Source of the DNA: a virus
Lineage: Duplodnaviria; Caudoviricetes
Length of the DNA stretch: 62,094 bases
Virus record (IMG/VR): IMGVR_UViG_3300042141_000119
Location: 1-62,094 of that record
Strand: one strand, 5' to 3'
A program made the translations under genes and the position numbers. Positions 28,285-39,078 of this stretch are shown here, piece after piece. The notes under the pieces were generated by a model. It was given only the letters and a program-made list of their open reading frames with translations, was not told where the DNA came from and did no database searches. Within the stretch, counting starts at the first letter, position 1. Each line of letters opens with the position of its first letter.

Positions 28285-30066
28285 TCAGCAAACCCCCGTT
28301 GTGTTGCAGGTCTTGGTGCCGGTCACGACCCCAAAGTTGCTGCTGCTGCCATTGAACGTGGCGTTCCCGTTCACGCGGCCACGATTCACCGACGAACCGT
28401 TGAACACGGCGTTGCCGTTGATTATCGCCCCCACGAGATTGCTGCTCGACCCGTTGAACGTGACGTTGCCGTAGATGACTCGCTGGTTCGTCGCACCGGA
28501 GTTGAACACGGCCGTTCCGTAGCTGTTGGCATTGTTGTTGGCCGTGCCGTTGAAAGTGACGCCGCCTGAGAACGTGGCCGAGCCAAACCCGAAGTTGACA
28601 GACTGGTCGTTGAAAATGGCCGGTCCGCTGAACGTCGTTGGGGCGGGCGAGGTGAGGCCGCCGTTGGAGTTCAGCGACGAACCGTTGAACACTGCCCCAC
28701 CGCAGCTGCCGCCTTGATTTCTCGCGCCCGAGTTGAACGTCGCCACTCCATCGACCTGCGAGTAGTTGATGGCATTTGTACCGTTGAACGTCGCGTCGCC
28801 CTTGACTCGCCCCGTTCGCGGCGGCGCGCCTGTCGTCTTCGAGTTGGAACTGCTGCCGTTGAACACTGCGGACGGCTCGACATCGCCCAGATTGAGGCTG
28901 CTGCCGTTGAACGTGGCTGTTCCGGTAAGCGAACCTTGATTCTGCGAGGAATCATTTAGCGTGACGGCGGCGGAAATGATGCCGCTGTTGATGGAACTGT
29001 TGTTGAAAGTCGCCGTGCAATTCAGCTTGTTGGCCGCGATATTGCCGACGAACGTCGCGGTGTCGTTGAACACTGCGGGGCCGACGATGTTGTGGCCGGT
29101 GTACAGGATCGACGCGCCGTTGAGGATGAGCCCGTTGAGCGTGCCCAAGTGGTTGGCGATCCCAGCCTCCGCGAAGGACGCTGTCCCAAGACAGGTCAGT
29201 CGTGGGTTGGTCATGAACCCGTCCTGCGGCTCTACCTGAGTGAAGTTGCCGGTTACGGTGCCTGTCACCGTCCCGGCCGCGTAGGCAATGACATTCCCGG
29301 TCAGGACGAGCGGAGTGCTGCATGGAGCGATGTCAGCCAGAGATGTCCCGCGAAAATCGCCCGACTTTGGCTCGCCTATCGTGGTGTGCAGGTACGCCAC
29401 GCCCGTCACAACGATGCTGACGAGGAACGACACGCCAGCGTTGACCGTCAAGTTGTTGACAGTCGGAGTTCCGAGACTCGCCGTGTGCAGCGGCCCGGCC
29501 TGTATGGTTACGGACGTCGCCGCCGTCGGAAGCTGTCCTAGCGGCGGACCGACTCCACCAAACCAGTTGGCGAGATTCGTCCACTCCCAGTCGCCGCACG
29601 ACTCGCTGGAGTTGTATATCGTCACGACCGGACCGGCGCTGGCGCCCGGCGGATCGCCTCGCGTCAGCGTTTGCTGGTCGGTGCAGCAGGGGCTGGGGTA
29701 GCTGGCCTGGATGTCGTGCTCGGGGTAGCGCCCGGCTTCTCCGGCACACCGAACAATCGTGGCGATCCACTCGTCTACGGGGAACCCGACTTGCCACTCG
29801 TCGTAGCACTTGACTTGAAGTGCCATGTAAAGCGGCGACCGGCAGTACCAGTACGGCGTCCAAACCGCAGGGATGTCCTCCATCACCAAATCGGTTATGT
29901 CGCCGGAGGCATAGACGGATTGGGTCTGCACCTCGATGATGCGCCACTCCGTCGGCTTCTGCTCCTCGCCGCAAGGCGCGCAGCACCCGCAATCGTTAGG
30001 GTGGCCTTGCAGGAGCTTCTGGTCCCGCTGGAGAAGGCGGACGTAGTATGCGCCTAGCTTCGCCAC
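28285..30066 (-). CDS. Beta-solenoid repeat tail spike/receptor-binding candidate
   Basis: N-terminal CGCC; many tandem G.A(T/V)FNG.S.N repeats in the C-terminal half; GTG start inferred. Confidence 0.6.
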   Translation of the reverse strand: MAKLGAYYVRLLQRDQKLLQGHPNDCGCCAPCGEEQKPTEWRIIEVQTQSVYASGDITDLVMEDIPAVWTPYWYCRSPLYMALQVKCYDEWQVGFPVDEWIATIVRCAGEAGRYPEHDIQASYPSPCCTDQQTLTRGDPPGASAGPVVTIYNSSESCGDWEWTNLANWFGGVGPPLGQLPTAATSVTIQAGPLHTASLGTPTVNNLTVNAGVSFLVSIVVTGVAYLHTTIGEPKSGDFRGTSLADIAPCSTPLVLTGNVIAYAAGTVTGTVTGNFTQVEPQDGFMTNPRLTCLGTASFAEAGIANHLGTLNGLILNGASILYTGHNIVGPAVFNDTATFVGNIAANKLNCTATFNNSSINSGIISAAVTLNDSSQNQGSLTGTATFNGSSLNLGDVEPSAVFNGSSSNSKTTGAPPRTGRVKGDATFNGTNAINYSQVDGVATFNSGARNQGGSCGGAVFNGSSLNSNGGLTSPAPTTFSGPAIFNDQSVNFGFGSATFSGGVTFNGTANNNANSYGTAVFNSGATNQRVIYGNVTFNGSSSNLVGAIINGNAVFNGSSVNRGRVNGNATFNGSSSNFGVVTGTKTCNTTGVC

Positions 30067-30082
30067 TTCATTCCCCGCCAGT

Positions 30083-31525
30083 TTAGGGCGACTCGCACGT
30101 TTCGGTGCCGATTGTCGTTGAAGACTGCGGGGCGCTCGCCAGAGTCGTGATGTCCTTGCGGGTGAACACAAGGCCAGACGAGGTCAGCGACACTCCCGTG
30201 AGTACAGTCTCAGTGCCGAGCGGGTACACGACTGGCTCGACGGGCGTAATGGACTTTAGGACATACGACGGCTCGTACTGAACGACAAGCTGGGAGTCTA
30301 CGATTGAGACGCCAGTGACGACCTGCACAAGCTGCGTGGTCGCCCATCGGCAGCAGCCCTCCTCAAGCACGAGTACGGTCGGGTCGCCTACGCTTCCAAC
30401 CTCGACATCTCCGGCGGTATGGTCCGTCGAGTAGCCGGTCGAGGCGATCTCGCGGCCGTCCAGTCCTGGCTGGTTGTCTGGCTGAACGAACTGGCACCAG
30501 TCCCGCTGACGCCCAACAAGCTGCCATTGCCCGCTAGGCATTTGCGCTACGATGACGTATCTGTCCGGTGGAACGTACTCGAGCCGATTGACGCACAGCG
30601 GCAACACCTCTCCGGTAGCCGCCTCGCCGCCAGCGCCGTCCGAGTCCCACACGGGCAGCGATGCCGTAATGCCCGGCCACCAGCCGTCCTCGCCAGTCCT
30701 GCATAGCTTGCACGACGACAGGACGAGCGTGTCGGGCTCAACGCCGTCAATGGCGAAAGCCGGGATAGAAGATTTCTCGGCAACGAGGGACTCGGTCCCG
30801 GTAGTTTCGTCCGCCTCAACGCGAACGGAATTGACAAGCCCGACGTTTGTCGTCGGAACGAGGCCGTCGCCCTCTTCGCCCTCTGCCCACACATAGGCGT
30901 TGCGGAACGTGAACTCTAGCCCCCTCGTCCGGTTGAACTTGAGGCCGGTCACCACAGGGCATCGCTCGACGTTCTGGAGTTGCAGCTTCCAGACGATCTC
31001 TTGCCCAGTTTCGTCTATAAAAAACCGAAGCCTGTCGATGTCTGCGTTGTCGGCTTCTGCTCGAAGCGTCTTGCCGATGAGCGTGCTGGATGGCGGGTCG
31101 AACATGACAGCCCTGCCATTCCCAGCGACTCGCAGGCCAACCTTCACCGAGTCTCCGGTGCTGTTTGCGGTGACGTAATTGCCAGCCGCCACCCGGAAGG
31201 CGGACGGCGAGGCGGCGGCGGACAGGTCGGCGTCCCGCACGCTGTCTGGCGGCACAGGCGGCGGCGACTCCTCCGTCGCCCTGTGGATCGGCGCGCGGTA
31301 GTCCGGGTCGGCCTCGCGGAAGTCAATATTTTGGAGTTGGTGCTGCCGAACCTCAGGTGTGATTTTCCGCATGGCTCGCGGCGTAACGTCCACCTTCTGC
31401 GGGCCAGCGTGGTACAGAGCCTGCTCTGGATTGCCGAGAATCTTGGCGATCTTGCTTGCAGCGTCTGGCGCGATCCCGGCGGACACGAGCGCGTCAGCAA
31501 TGGCGGCGGCTTGGGCGTTGAGCAT
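30083..31525 (-). CDS. Tail/virion protein
   Basis: 480 aa beta-rich; VVTGV repeats. Confidence 0.5.
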   Translation of the reverse strand: MLNAQAAAIADALVSAGIAPDAASKIAKILGNPEQALYHAGPQKVDVTPRAMRKITPEVRQHQLQNIDFREADPDYRAPIHRATEESPPPVPPDSVRDADLSAAASPSAFRVAAGNYVTANSTGDSVKVGLRVAGNGRAVMFDPPSSTLIGKTLRAEADNADIDRLRFFIDETGQEIVWKLQLQNVERCPVVTGLKFNRTRGLEFTFRNAYVWAEGEEGDGLVPTTNVGLVNSVRVEADETTGTESLVAEKSSIPAFAIDGVEPDTLVLSSCKLCRTGEDGWWPGITASLPVWDSDGAGGEAATGEVLPLCVNRLEYVPPDRYVIVAQMPSGQWQLVGRQRDWCQFVQPDNQPGLDGREIASTGYSTDHTAGDVEVGSVGDPTVLVLEEGCCRWATTQLVQVVTGVSIVDSQLVVQYEPSYVLKSITPVEPVVYPLGTETVLTGVSLTSSGLVFTRKDITTLASAPQSSTTIGTETCESP

Positions 31526-31528
31526 TGG

Positions 31529-34507
31529 TCACCGCTGCTCCCGTGCGGCAGTCCCAGCCACATCCAGCCGATACAGGACGACGGGCTCTCCGGCGGTAGC
31601 CGCGCCGGAAATCTCTACGGCTACATTCCGCTCCGGCGAAGCGAAATCATCCGCCAGCCTGCCGGTAAAGAGGGCTGACGCCACGCCCGAGTCCGAGCCT
31701 CGCTGCACCGTCGCCTTGCCCATGTCTAGGCGCGCGGCTGCGTCAGCCGGTTCGCTCACGAACCCCGCCCCCCTGTCCCGCGAGACAAGGTAGCCTCGTG
31801 GGTGCGGCGAGTTGTCGTAGTACACCCGCATGGCGACGACGCACTCGCCGCCCTGCGGCTTGTAGAGAATCCGCACGTTTCTCGTCGTGCCGGAGGACGC
31901 CTTCGGGTCTTCGAGGTCAGATGGGTACTCCATGCTGCCCGTCTTGAACTCGTAAGGAATATGCAGAGGCCAGTCTTCTTCCAGGCCGGTGGCTATGTAC
32001 GAACCCTCCGCAGCAGTCGCGTCTTCTGCGTCCGGGTCGTTTGGAGGGTCAATGGTGAGGTCGCCAGACGAATATCCGAACCCCGTGCTGGCGATCCACA
32101 GTCCGCTGACAGACCCGCTGGAGTCAATCGTTGCGTACACCTCGCCGCCGCAGCCGCCAGTGACGCTCACCTTTGGGGGTGTGCGGTAGCCCGTTCCGCC
32201 ATTGGTAAGCTGCACGGAGACAATCGCCCCGCGTGCCGCGTCCGTAACTCCATCGCCAAGCAGGTAGCACCCACCCTCTCCTGCATAGATGGGGGCGAAG
32301 TCGCCGCCCGCAAGCCTCGCCGTCGCGCTGGCTGTCAGTCGCTGTGGGTATCGCTCCATCCACCACGACTGCGAGGCGATTGAGTAGCACAGCGCTCGCG
32401 TCGGGTAGTCGGTGGGGCTGTCCTCCTCGAAAGACACAAAGGCCCGGACTATTTCTGCGCGAGGATCGACAGAGACAAACCACCACGTTCTGCCGGTAAT
32501 GGAGAGGCGACTTCTGAAAACGTCTGCAATCGGTGACGCAAGCTCCTTGATGGCCCCCGACTGGTCGATGGAATACAGCCCGCTCTCGTCCAGCACATAG
32601 CACACGCCAGCGTGTATGGCCCATGTCCTCTGGTTCACGATGCCGCGATAGGCTACAGGCGTTAGCTGGCCGTCGATGAGCGGCTGGCGAACGAATGTCA
32701 GCGAGTAGGCGTGGCGTGACTGAAAGACGAACAGGCTTGCCCCGAAAGGCACCAGCGCACGCACTGAATCGGCGTCGAGCGAGTTCTGCTGCACGACAAG
32801 CTCGTTGGCATCCGGCACGCTGTCGGGCTCGTCTATTTCGGAAAACAGGATCGTGTTCGGCTGCTCGCCGGATGTGTCTACGGCGTACCAGTGGCGGTCT
32901 TGGAACCGGACCACGACCTCCTTGTCGCTCGGCGGGATGCCGAAGCGGTTGGCGTTGAGTTCGCCGTTCGGAAGGATGATCGGCATGGCCTCGTACCCGG
33001 AGCGGTTGGGGTCGCGAAGCTCGTCGTCCGTCAGGTCGTCAACGAACGTGTCGCCGCTGCCTGTGTGAACGCGATAGAGAGTCGTCGCTTGATTGCTGGT
33101 TGTTCTCCAAAGCTCGACCGCCGCAGCCCGCCCGCCATCCGGCAATTCCGGCAGGGTCCATGTCAGCGAGGTTACCCCTTCGCCAACGTCCACCTCCGTC
33201 ACCGGAGAGAGGTTGCTTGGCAGCGGACCGCCAGCGTCCTCTGGCGTGTCGTCAATGAATCGACAGTAGCACTGGTAAACGCCACGAAGGTGCGGCCGTG
33301 ACACGGCAAACACCTCAGCCCCGCCAGACAGCACCTGCACTGTGGGCGGCGTCTTGTACCCGCCGCCGGGATTTTCGACAGTGATCTCGTCTAGCTGGTC
33401 GCCTTCGATGGTCGTCGTCGCGTAAGCGCCGAAGCCAGAGTTGGACAGAATCTTTAGCTGCGGGGCGACGACGAAGCCGCTCCCGCGATCCACAACCTCA
33501 TCGTCCTCCGTTGAGAACTTGATCCGCTTTAGCTGGTATCGCGGTGCGGCGGTGTTGTTGACGCTGGCGGCCGTGTAGCCTTCGATCACGATGTCGGTCG
33601 GGCTCTCGCCTCCCATTGATGGGATCGTGATGACGACAGGTTCTTCGTCCGAGTAGTCCTTTCCGTAGGCGATAACTTCGACGGACAGCAGCTGCGTCGC
33701 GCCATCGAATCGAACGTCTGTTGGCCCAAGCGGGCCCATCGTCGTGCTTCGCCACCGGGCACCGCCAAAGGTCAGGCGAAACCTTGCGCCAGAACCGACG
33801 CCAGCAGTGTTGGTGACGGTGTAGTCAAAGTCTCGCGTCAGCGTGCTGTCTAGCTTGAGGATATTCCAGTAGGACGGAGCCGTATCGCTTCCTGTTTTTG
33901 TCTGGTCGCCGACGACCGCGTCCAGCGTGTATCGCCCATTGAACGCCGGATAGTAGCTCTGGTTGACGTTGTCGTCGCCGGGAGCGGAGACAATCTTCCA
34001 CTGCGAAATGCCGGTGTACGGGTCATTATTCGGATCGTCGTCCTCAGACTCTCGCAGGACGGCGAGCAGCCCGTTGGGGTCCGTAAACTTCCCGTAGGAG
34101 TCAGACAGCGAAACGGATGGCGGCTTGTCGTAATACTTTCCGCCGTCCAGCACCCGCACCTCCGACACGGCCGCCTGACTGAGGTAGGACAGCCCCTTTG
34201 CGGCCCGAAAGCCGTCGTCCGGTTCTTCGGGGGAGCTAAACGTCAGGGCTGGCGGCTCGTAGTAGCACGCTCCAGGCTTCGTTACGTCTACGCGAGCGAC
34301 GTAGTAGTGCTTAGTTGTGGCTGGCTCGATCTCGGGAGCTTCTGCCGGAGCATCCATCCCGGCATCGACGGCCACAGCCTCCGGGTCGCCACTCCAGCGG
34401 GCCGGGCGCACGCCATGCCCCTGAGCAATGATTAGCTCTCCATGCCTGCCCTGAGCGCAGGAGAAAGGCTTTTCTGCGTCGAAGCGGTCAGTAATCTCCG
34501 GCATCAC
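31529..34507 (-). CDS. Tail nozzle/tubular-B-like protein
   Basis: 992 aa beta-rich; repeated V...G.GY..PP.V modules; position after adaptor. Confidence 0.5.
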   Translation of the reverse strand: MMPEITDRFDAEKPFSCAQGRHGELIIAQGHGVRPARWSGDPEAVAVDAGMDAPAEAPEIEPATTKHYYVARVDVTKPGACYYEPPALTFSSPEEPDDGFRAAKGLSYLSQAAVSEVRVLDGGKYYDKPPSVSLSDSYGKFTDPNGLLAVLRESEDDDPNNDPYTGISQWKIVSAPGDDNVNQSYYPAFNGRYTLDAVVGDQTKTGSDTAPSYWNILKLDSTLTRDFDYTVTNTAGVGSGARFRLTFGGARWRSTTMGPLGPTDVRFDGATQLLSVEVIAYGKDYSDEEPVVITIPSMGGESPTDIVIEGYTAASVNNTAAPRYQLKRIKFSTEDDEVVDRGSGFVVAPQLKILSNSGFGAYATTTIEGDQLDEITVENPGGGYKTPPTVQVLSGGAEVFAVSRPHLRGVYQCYCRFIDDTPEDAGGPLPSNLSPVTEVDVGEGVTSLTWTLPELPDGGRAAAVELWRTTSNQATTLYRVHTGSGDTFVDDLTDDELRDPNRSGYEAMPIILPNGELNANRFGIPPSDKEVVVRFQDRHWYAVDTSGEQPNTILFSEIDEPDSVPDANELVVQQNSLDADSVRALVPFGASLFVFQSRHAYSLTFVRQPLIDGQLTPVAYRGIVNQRTWAIHAGVCYVLDESGLYSIDQSGAIKELASPIADVFRSRLSITGRTWWFVSVDPRAEIVRAFVSFEEDSPTDYPTRALCYSIASQSWWMERYPQRLTASATARLAGGDFAPIYAGEGGCYLLGDGVTDAARGAIVSVQLTNGGTGYRTPPKVSVTGGCGGEVYATIDSSGSVSGLWIASTGFGYSSGDLTIDPPNDPDAEDATAAEGSYIATGLEEDWPLHIPYEFKTGSMEYPSDLEDPKASSGTTRNVRILYKPQGGECVVAMRVYYDNSPHPRGYLVSRDRGAGFVSEPADAAARLDMGKATVQRGSDSGVASALFTGRLADDFASPERNVAVEISGAATAGEPVVLYRLDVAGTAAREQR

Positions 34508-34863
34508 TCGCCCTTCGAGATTGCTTGCGTGTAGGACGCCGAGAAGCCATCGCCGTCCAGCGAAACAGGTTCTGGCGCAGCCAAAGGGTCGCCGCGATCC
34601 GGCAACGGAAGCGCGTGCAGCGTGCCGTCAGCCAGCAGCGCCAGGACACCGCTGCCGCCGCCAGCGGTATAGGTAGCCAGCGAGACAAACGGCGTGCCGC
34701 CACCAAGCGACTCGTCGCTAAACGCGACAGGCCGCATCCCACCGCGCAGCGTTAGCTGGCCGGGAATGTGCGTGCAGAGGTTCACCTGCTTGACGGCTGC
34801 GCCGGGAGGCAGGGCGAACGGGCTGGCGTTGGTTGCCAGACCGCTCCACGCTTCGGCACGCAT
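34504..34863 (-). CDS. Hypothetical tail protein
   Basis: W.GL...ASP..LP.G...N..PGQL..RGG resembles a nozzle N-terminus. Confidence 0.5.
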   Translation of the reverse strand: MRAEAWSGLATNASPFALPPGAAVKQVNLCTHIPGQLTLRGGMRPVAFSDESLGGGTPFVSLATYTAGGGSGVLALLADGTLHALPLPDRGDPLAAPEPVSLDGDGFSASYTQAISKGE

Positions 34864-34865
34864 TG

Positions 34866-35777
34866 TCAGCCTCCGGTGTCAGGGCCACTCGGGCTGTAGT
34901 ACCCAAGCGCTCGCGGAGTGCCTGCGAACGGAGGCGACGGCATGTCCGGGTGCCGGTCGGTAGCGGCCCGACGACCGCTGATTGGGGCAATAACGTCGGA
35001 CTCCATCGCCATCTTGAGGTCGCGCTGGTACACGGCCATCGCGCCCTCGATGTTCTTGCCCATCAGCCTTCCCAGCCACACCTCCGCACTCGACAGGACG
35101 GCGGTGAACATATTCTCCGAAACGTCGAGGTAGTCAGACACAACGGTCTTGGCGTTCTCGGGGATCGTGCCGATGAGACTTCCATCGACGCCGATGATCT
35201 CCTGCGCGACGTAGGGGTACACGCCGAACAGGGACTCCGGGTAATTCGCGCTCGTGCCGTACCGCTTGACAGCGCCGGTGACAGAGAATCCCGGCGTGCG
35301 GCAAATCGTCTCGTAGCCCATGTAGCGAAGCGGCTGCGGCTTGCGACGGTAGGTGATGGCAAAGCCTTCGGCCTCGACAGGGTTGCCAGCGATCCGAAGC
35401 TGCCAGCGGTCTGGCAGGGCCGGGTCTTTCATGACGGTCCAGTAGATCGGATCGCCCAGAGACAAATCCCATGTCTCCAGCTTCTTCCACTCTGCCGGAG
35501 TGATGTACGACGTTACCGTGACTCGGTCTGGCGGAATGAGGGCGTCCACGTTGTTGACGTTGGCGGGAAGCGTGAACGTCTTCTCTCCATCCCCGCTGCC
35601 ATCACTGTCATTCGTCAGCGTGGCGTCCGTAACGTGCCACAGCCAGTCCTTTGCAAACGCAACGTCACGGTAGCCATGATGGGCGGCCGCACGCAGGACG
35701 CGATGCTCGCTGTCCTGTGCCCCGCCGCCAGTGGACGCCATGAGGTACTCGATGATGTCCTGCGCTGCGTAATACAC
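34866..35777 (-). CDS. Head-tail adaptor-like protein
   Basis: Helical N-terminus then DWLW; position after portal. Confidence 0.5.
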   Translation of the reverse strand: MYYAAQDIIEYLMASTGGGAQDSEHRVLRAAAHHGYRDVAFAKDWLWHVTDATLTNDSDGSGDGEKTFTLPANVNNVDALIPPDRVTVTSYITPAEWKKLETWDLSLGDPIYWTVMKDPALPDRWQLRIAGNPVEAEGFAITYRRKPQPLRYMGYETICRTPGFSVTGAVKRYGTSANYPESLFGVYPYVAQEIIGVDGSLIGTIPENAKTVVSDYLDVSENMFTAVLSSAEVWLGRLMGKNIEGAMAVYQRDLKMAMESDVIAPISGRRAATDRHPDMPSPPFAGTPRALGYYSPSGPDTGG

Positions 35778-35804
35778 TGAGTCGTGTCCTTTCGTTTATT
35801 TCGT

Positions 35805-36134
35805 CTAGCCCTTGACGCTCAGGCGGATGGTGGCCGTACCGGCGTCGGTCACGGCGACGATGAACGGGGCGGCAAACAGGGCGTCAGGGAGCGGGTAGGC
35901 TCGGCTGGCGATAACGGTGGTCGTCAGGTCGCCAGAGCCGTCATTTGCCTGCACGGGGGTCGCCTCCGGCCCGGCGGCGACGTACCAAGTCAGCGATGTC
36001 GCGCCCGACACGGAATTGACAAACACCATCCCGGCGCTGGCCGCTCCGAATGGGATTCGCGGGCTGGTGCTGGCAGAGTTCGTCACGGCGATTACGTCCG
36101 TAACTGAGCAGAGTCGTTCGATCTTGTTCGGCAT
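35805..36134 (-). CDS. Small virion protein
   Basis: ORF track; beta-rich; coupled. Confidence 0.55.
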   Translation of the reverse strand: MPNKIERLCSVTDVIAVTNSASTSPRIPFGAASAGMVFVNSVSGATSLTWYVAAGPEATPVQANDGSGDLTTTVIASRAYPLPDALFAAPFIVAVTDAGTATIRLSVKG

Positions 36135-36688
36135 TACTTCTTCTTCCTTTTCCAGTGCGGGACAATCCGCTCCTTGACCTTCTCGACGGCCTCGCCACGC
36201 TTGAGCTTCGGGTTGGCCTGCATCTCCTTGCGGACATGCTCTCGGAGAATGCGCGGGTTGATGTCGATTTCTTTCGGCGGGCCCTTCTGCGGAGGGACGT
36301 ACTCAACGATGCCGTGAACTTCGAGGTCGCGCTTCTTGGCAACGCGAAGAATGTCTGCGGTGGAGTCCACCCAAGCCTCTGGGTCGCAGTGGCCGCGACG
36401 ATCAGCGATTCCGCCCATGAAAAACTTGCCGGAGGTGTTGATCCCGGCCTTCTTGGCGTCGCCGAGCATCCGCCGAGTCAGAGCCTCCGGCTGGTGCTGC
36501 ATCCACTCGTTGGCGTAACGCCCCTGCATAAACGCCCGGTCAGTCCCTCGCGTTCCCGGAGGCTGCTGGAGGGCGCACATGATCGCCCACGTTTCCGACA
36601 GTCCCTGCGCTATCATCGCGGCGTAGTGCGACCGCACCTCAGCGCTGCTGGCGGCTATTTCTGGCGGCAGTTTCTTCGCGGACGGCAT
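36134..36688 (-). CDS. Hypothetical protein
   Basis: ORF track; coupled. Confidence 0.55.
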   Translation of the reverse strand: MPSAKKLPPEIAASSAEVRSHYAAMIAQGLSETWAIMCALQQPPGTRGTDRAFMQGRYANEWMQHQPEALTRRMLGDAKKAGINTSGKFFMGGIADRRGHCDPEAWVDSTADILRVAKKRDLEVHGIVEYVPPQKGPPKEIDINPRILREHVRKEMQANPKLKRGEAVEKVKERIVPHWKRKKK

Positions 36689-36713
36689 GGTTGGCCCCTA
36701 CCTGCTTCTTGGC

Positions 36714-38738
36714 CTACTGCGGGGCCATTTCCGGCGGCACCTGCGGAAGCTCCGGCTCTGCCGCAGGAGGCGGCTCAGACGCAGGAGGCGGTCCACCAGC
36801 CCCCTCCGCGCCAGCGTCTGGCTGCTGGGATGGGGCAGCAGGAGGCGACGGAGGGGGCGGTATCAGGTAGGGCTTGGCGTCGATGTCCAGGCTGTCGGCC
36901 CAGTCCGAAATAAGGCTGTTCATGGGCTCGACAATGCCCATCGGGATCAGCCCCTGCAAAATTGGCCCAAGCGTCTGGAGGGCGGCCTGCATTTGCTCCA
37001 CGCGAGTCGCCTTGTTCGGCTTCCTCGCAGAGCCAGCCTCAATCCGATACTCAAACTCGCGGGCGATGGTCGCGAGGTCTAGCGACTTTACGTGCTGCGC
37101 CCACGCTGCCGCCCCAAGCGGCCCGAGAATTGGCTCGACATCCTGCGGCTCCAGAAGCCAGCGGGACGCGAACGCCTCTCTGCGGGCCAGCAGGCTCATG
37201 GAGTCTTCGAGCCGGTTCGCCATGTCGTCCGGGCGGACGCTCAGTTGCTCGGCCTTCACGCTGGCCTCTGTGGCACTGCGTATCTGGCTGGAGGTCATAG
37301 CGTAAGCGAGTTCCGTCAGGCCCACGCGCTTGTCGAACATGGCGGTGACGGCCTCTACGATTTTCCAAAGCTCTGGAGACACCTCCGGCAACTGGAACAC
37401 AGAAATGAGGTCGTTGACGCTCCGGCCTAGCGTCTCGCTGATCTCGCACACCTTGAATCCTCGCTCGGACTGCGCAAGGATTTGGTCTTTGATGTCTTGG
37501 TCCGCCGCCTTGCTGACACCGATCAGCGTCTCGCAGCTTGTGGCTACGCGCTGGGCGATGAACGACAACGCAAAGTTGATGAACCGAAGCTCGCCAATGC
37601 CCGGCTTGATGTGCGACAGGGGCCACACATAACCCGGCTTCCGGTGGAAATCGAGCGTGACGAACGGCCAGCCATTCGCTTCCGCCCAGAACGGGATCGG
37701 CCACTGAACGGACCGGAACAGGCTTGGGGGCACCCCAGTGGCCGGGTCAACGTCCTCCTCCAGCGAGCCGGGAGGCATATTCAGCGGGTACGGGATTCCC
37801 TCGCACACGACGATGTAGCAGTTCTCGCCAACGCCGTCGAAAGCCCCGACAAGGTCGGCGGGCATCTCCTTGAGCCTGTCGCCAAGCCCCGTCTTGCTCC
37901 AGATTTTCCAGTAGGTCACCAGTTCGTTGCTCTTGCCCGCTCGCCGTCCGCTGTACGGGTGTTCGTCGTCCACGAAAATCTGATCGTCGGCCGCCTTGTC
38001 AATCGGCTTCGCCTCAGAGATGTGCTTTTTGAGTTCCTCCCGCTCGAGTCCGTACTGACGGGCCACAACGTCAATCGGATGGACGCATCGCTTGGCGCAC
38101 CAAGTAATGTCCTCCATCTCGGTGGCGTCAGGGTCTACCGTGAAGTTGTCCACGCTGTCTGCAAACGAGCCAACGATGCTCACCCCAGACTGCGGGAGCG
38201 TCACAAGCTCCGTCCACCAGACGCCCATGCCCTTGATGATCGCCTCGTCCACAACGCGGCGGCTGTGCGTCTTGAGGTCAAGCTCGTTGGGCGTGTAGTT
38301 CAGCATCCGCTCCATGAGAAGAGACGCCACCCGGCGGACCTCCGTCCTGCGGACAGTCTCCTGAGCCGCCTGCTGGTACGCCATCATCGAAGCGTCGTCC
38401 ATGACGCCGACAGCCTCAGGGCTCACGAACGGGTAGCGGGACGGCGTCACCTGCCGCACCGGGTTGCGGTGATAGATGACGCTGCCGAACAGCTTTACAG
38501 CCTCAAAAACGCGATTGCACTGCATCCGAAAGGCGGGCGGCGCAATCGTGCGGTTGTAGCCGTAGTCGTGGCGGGCGTAGGTGTCCTTCCAAAACCAGTT
38601 GTGGGGGCCGTCGAAGAAGTGCATCGCCTCACGAGCGTCCTCCGTAAAGGGACGCTTGTGCTTGAGCGAAAGCTCGATCTTTTTCAGCCAGCCCGTCGCA
38701 ATGGAGCGGAGGGCGTCTTCACCCGTTCTTGTTTCCAT
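36714..38738 (-). CDS. Portal protein (P22/T7-like, putative)
   Basis: ~674 aa after terminase; IKGMGV.W, DPDA, RSATEA, IEAGS, Pro-rich tail. Confidence 0.7.
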   Translation of the reverse strand: METRTGEDALRSIATGWLKKIELSLKHKRPFTEDAREAMHFFDGPHNWFWKDTYARHDYGYNRTIAPPAFRMQCNRVFEAVKLFGSVIYHRNPVRQVTPSRYPFVSPEAVGVMDDASMMAYQQAAQETVRRTEVRRVASLLMERMLNYTPNELDLKTHSRRVVDEAIIKGMGVWWTELVTLPQSGVSIVGSFADSVDNFTVDPDATEMEDITWCAKRCVHPIDVVARQYGLEREELKKHISEAKPIDKAADDQIFVDDEHPYSGRRAGKSNELVTYWKIWSKTGLGDRLKEMPADLVGAFDGVGENCYIVVCEGIPYPLNMPPGSLEEDVDPATGVPPSLFRSVQWPIPFWAEANGWPFVTLDFHRKPGYVWPLSHIKPGIGELRFINFALSFIAQRVATSCETLIGVSKAADQDIKDQILAQSERGFKVCEISETLGRSVNDLISVFQLPEVSPELWKIVEAVTAMFDKRVGLTELAYAMTSSQIRSATEASVKAEQLSVRPDDMANRLEDSMSLLARREAFASRWLLEPQDVEPILGPLGAAAWAQHVKSLDLATIAREFEYRIEAGSARKPNKATRVEQMQAALQTLGPILQGLIPMGIVEPMNSLISDWADSLDIDAKPYLIPPPPSPPAAPSQQPDAGAEGAGGPPPASEPPPAAEPELPQVPPEMAPQ

Positions 38739-39078
38739 TTCCCTGCTTCCTTGCAATCGCCAACTGCTCGGTCAGGCTGGCAATCTGCGCCATCATCCCG
38801 TCGAGCTTTTTCAGTTGAGCCGTCTGAGGGGCGTACTCCCACGCCCCCCACTGCCGCCAGTCTGCGTTCTCCTGCAAACCCGGATCGTCCTTGTGCCGCA
38901 CAGAGGGTTTCTCTTGGAATCCCACGAACGGCGTAAAGACGATGATGTTTACCGTGTGGGCTCCAGGCTGCTGCGACACCCAGCCCAGAGATGGCTGCGA
39001 ACACGACAGGGCGTCGTGATACCAGTACACGGCGTCTCCGATCCTGAGGGACGGCGGGCTAAAAGACTCGGCTTCCAT
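38719..39078 (-). CDS. Hypothetical protein
   Basis: ORF track between terminase and portal. Confidence 0.6.
   Translation of the reverse strand: MEAESFSPPSLRIGDAVYWYHDALSCSQPSLGWVSQQPGAHTVNIIVFTPFVGFQEKPSVRHKDDPGLQENADWRQWGAWEYAPQTAQLKKLDGMMAQIASLTEQLAIARKQGNGNKNG

Noticed and set aside
28285-29100. Diversity-generating retroelement target (many AAC codons)
   Set aside because: No reverse transcriptase or template repeat seen; AAC reflects Asn repeats
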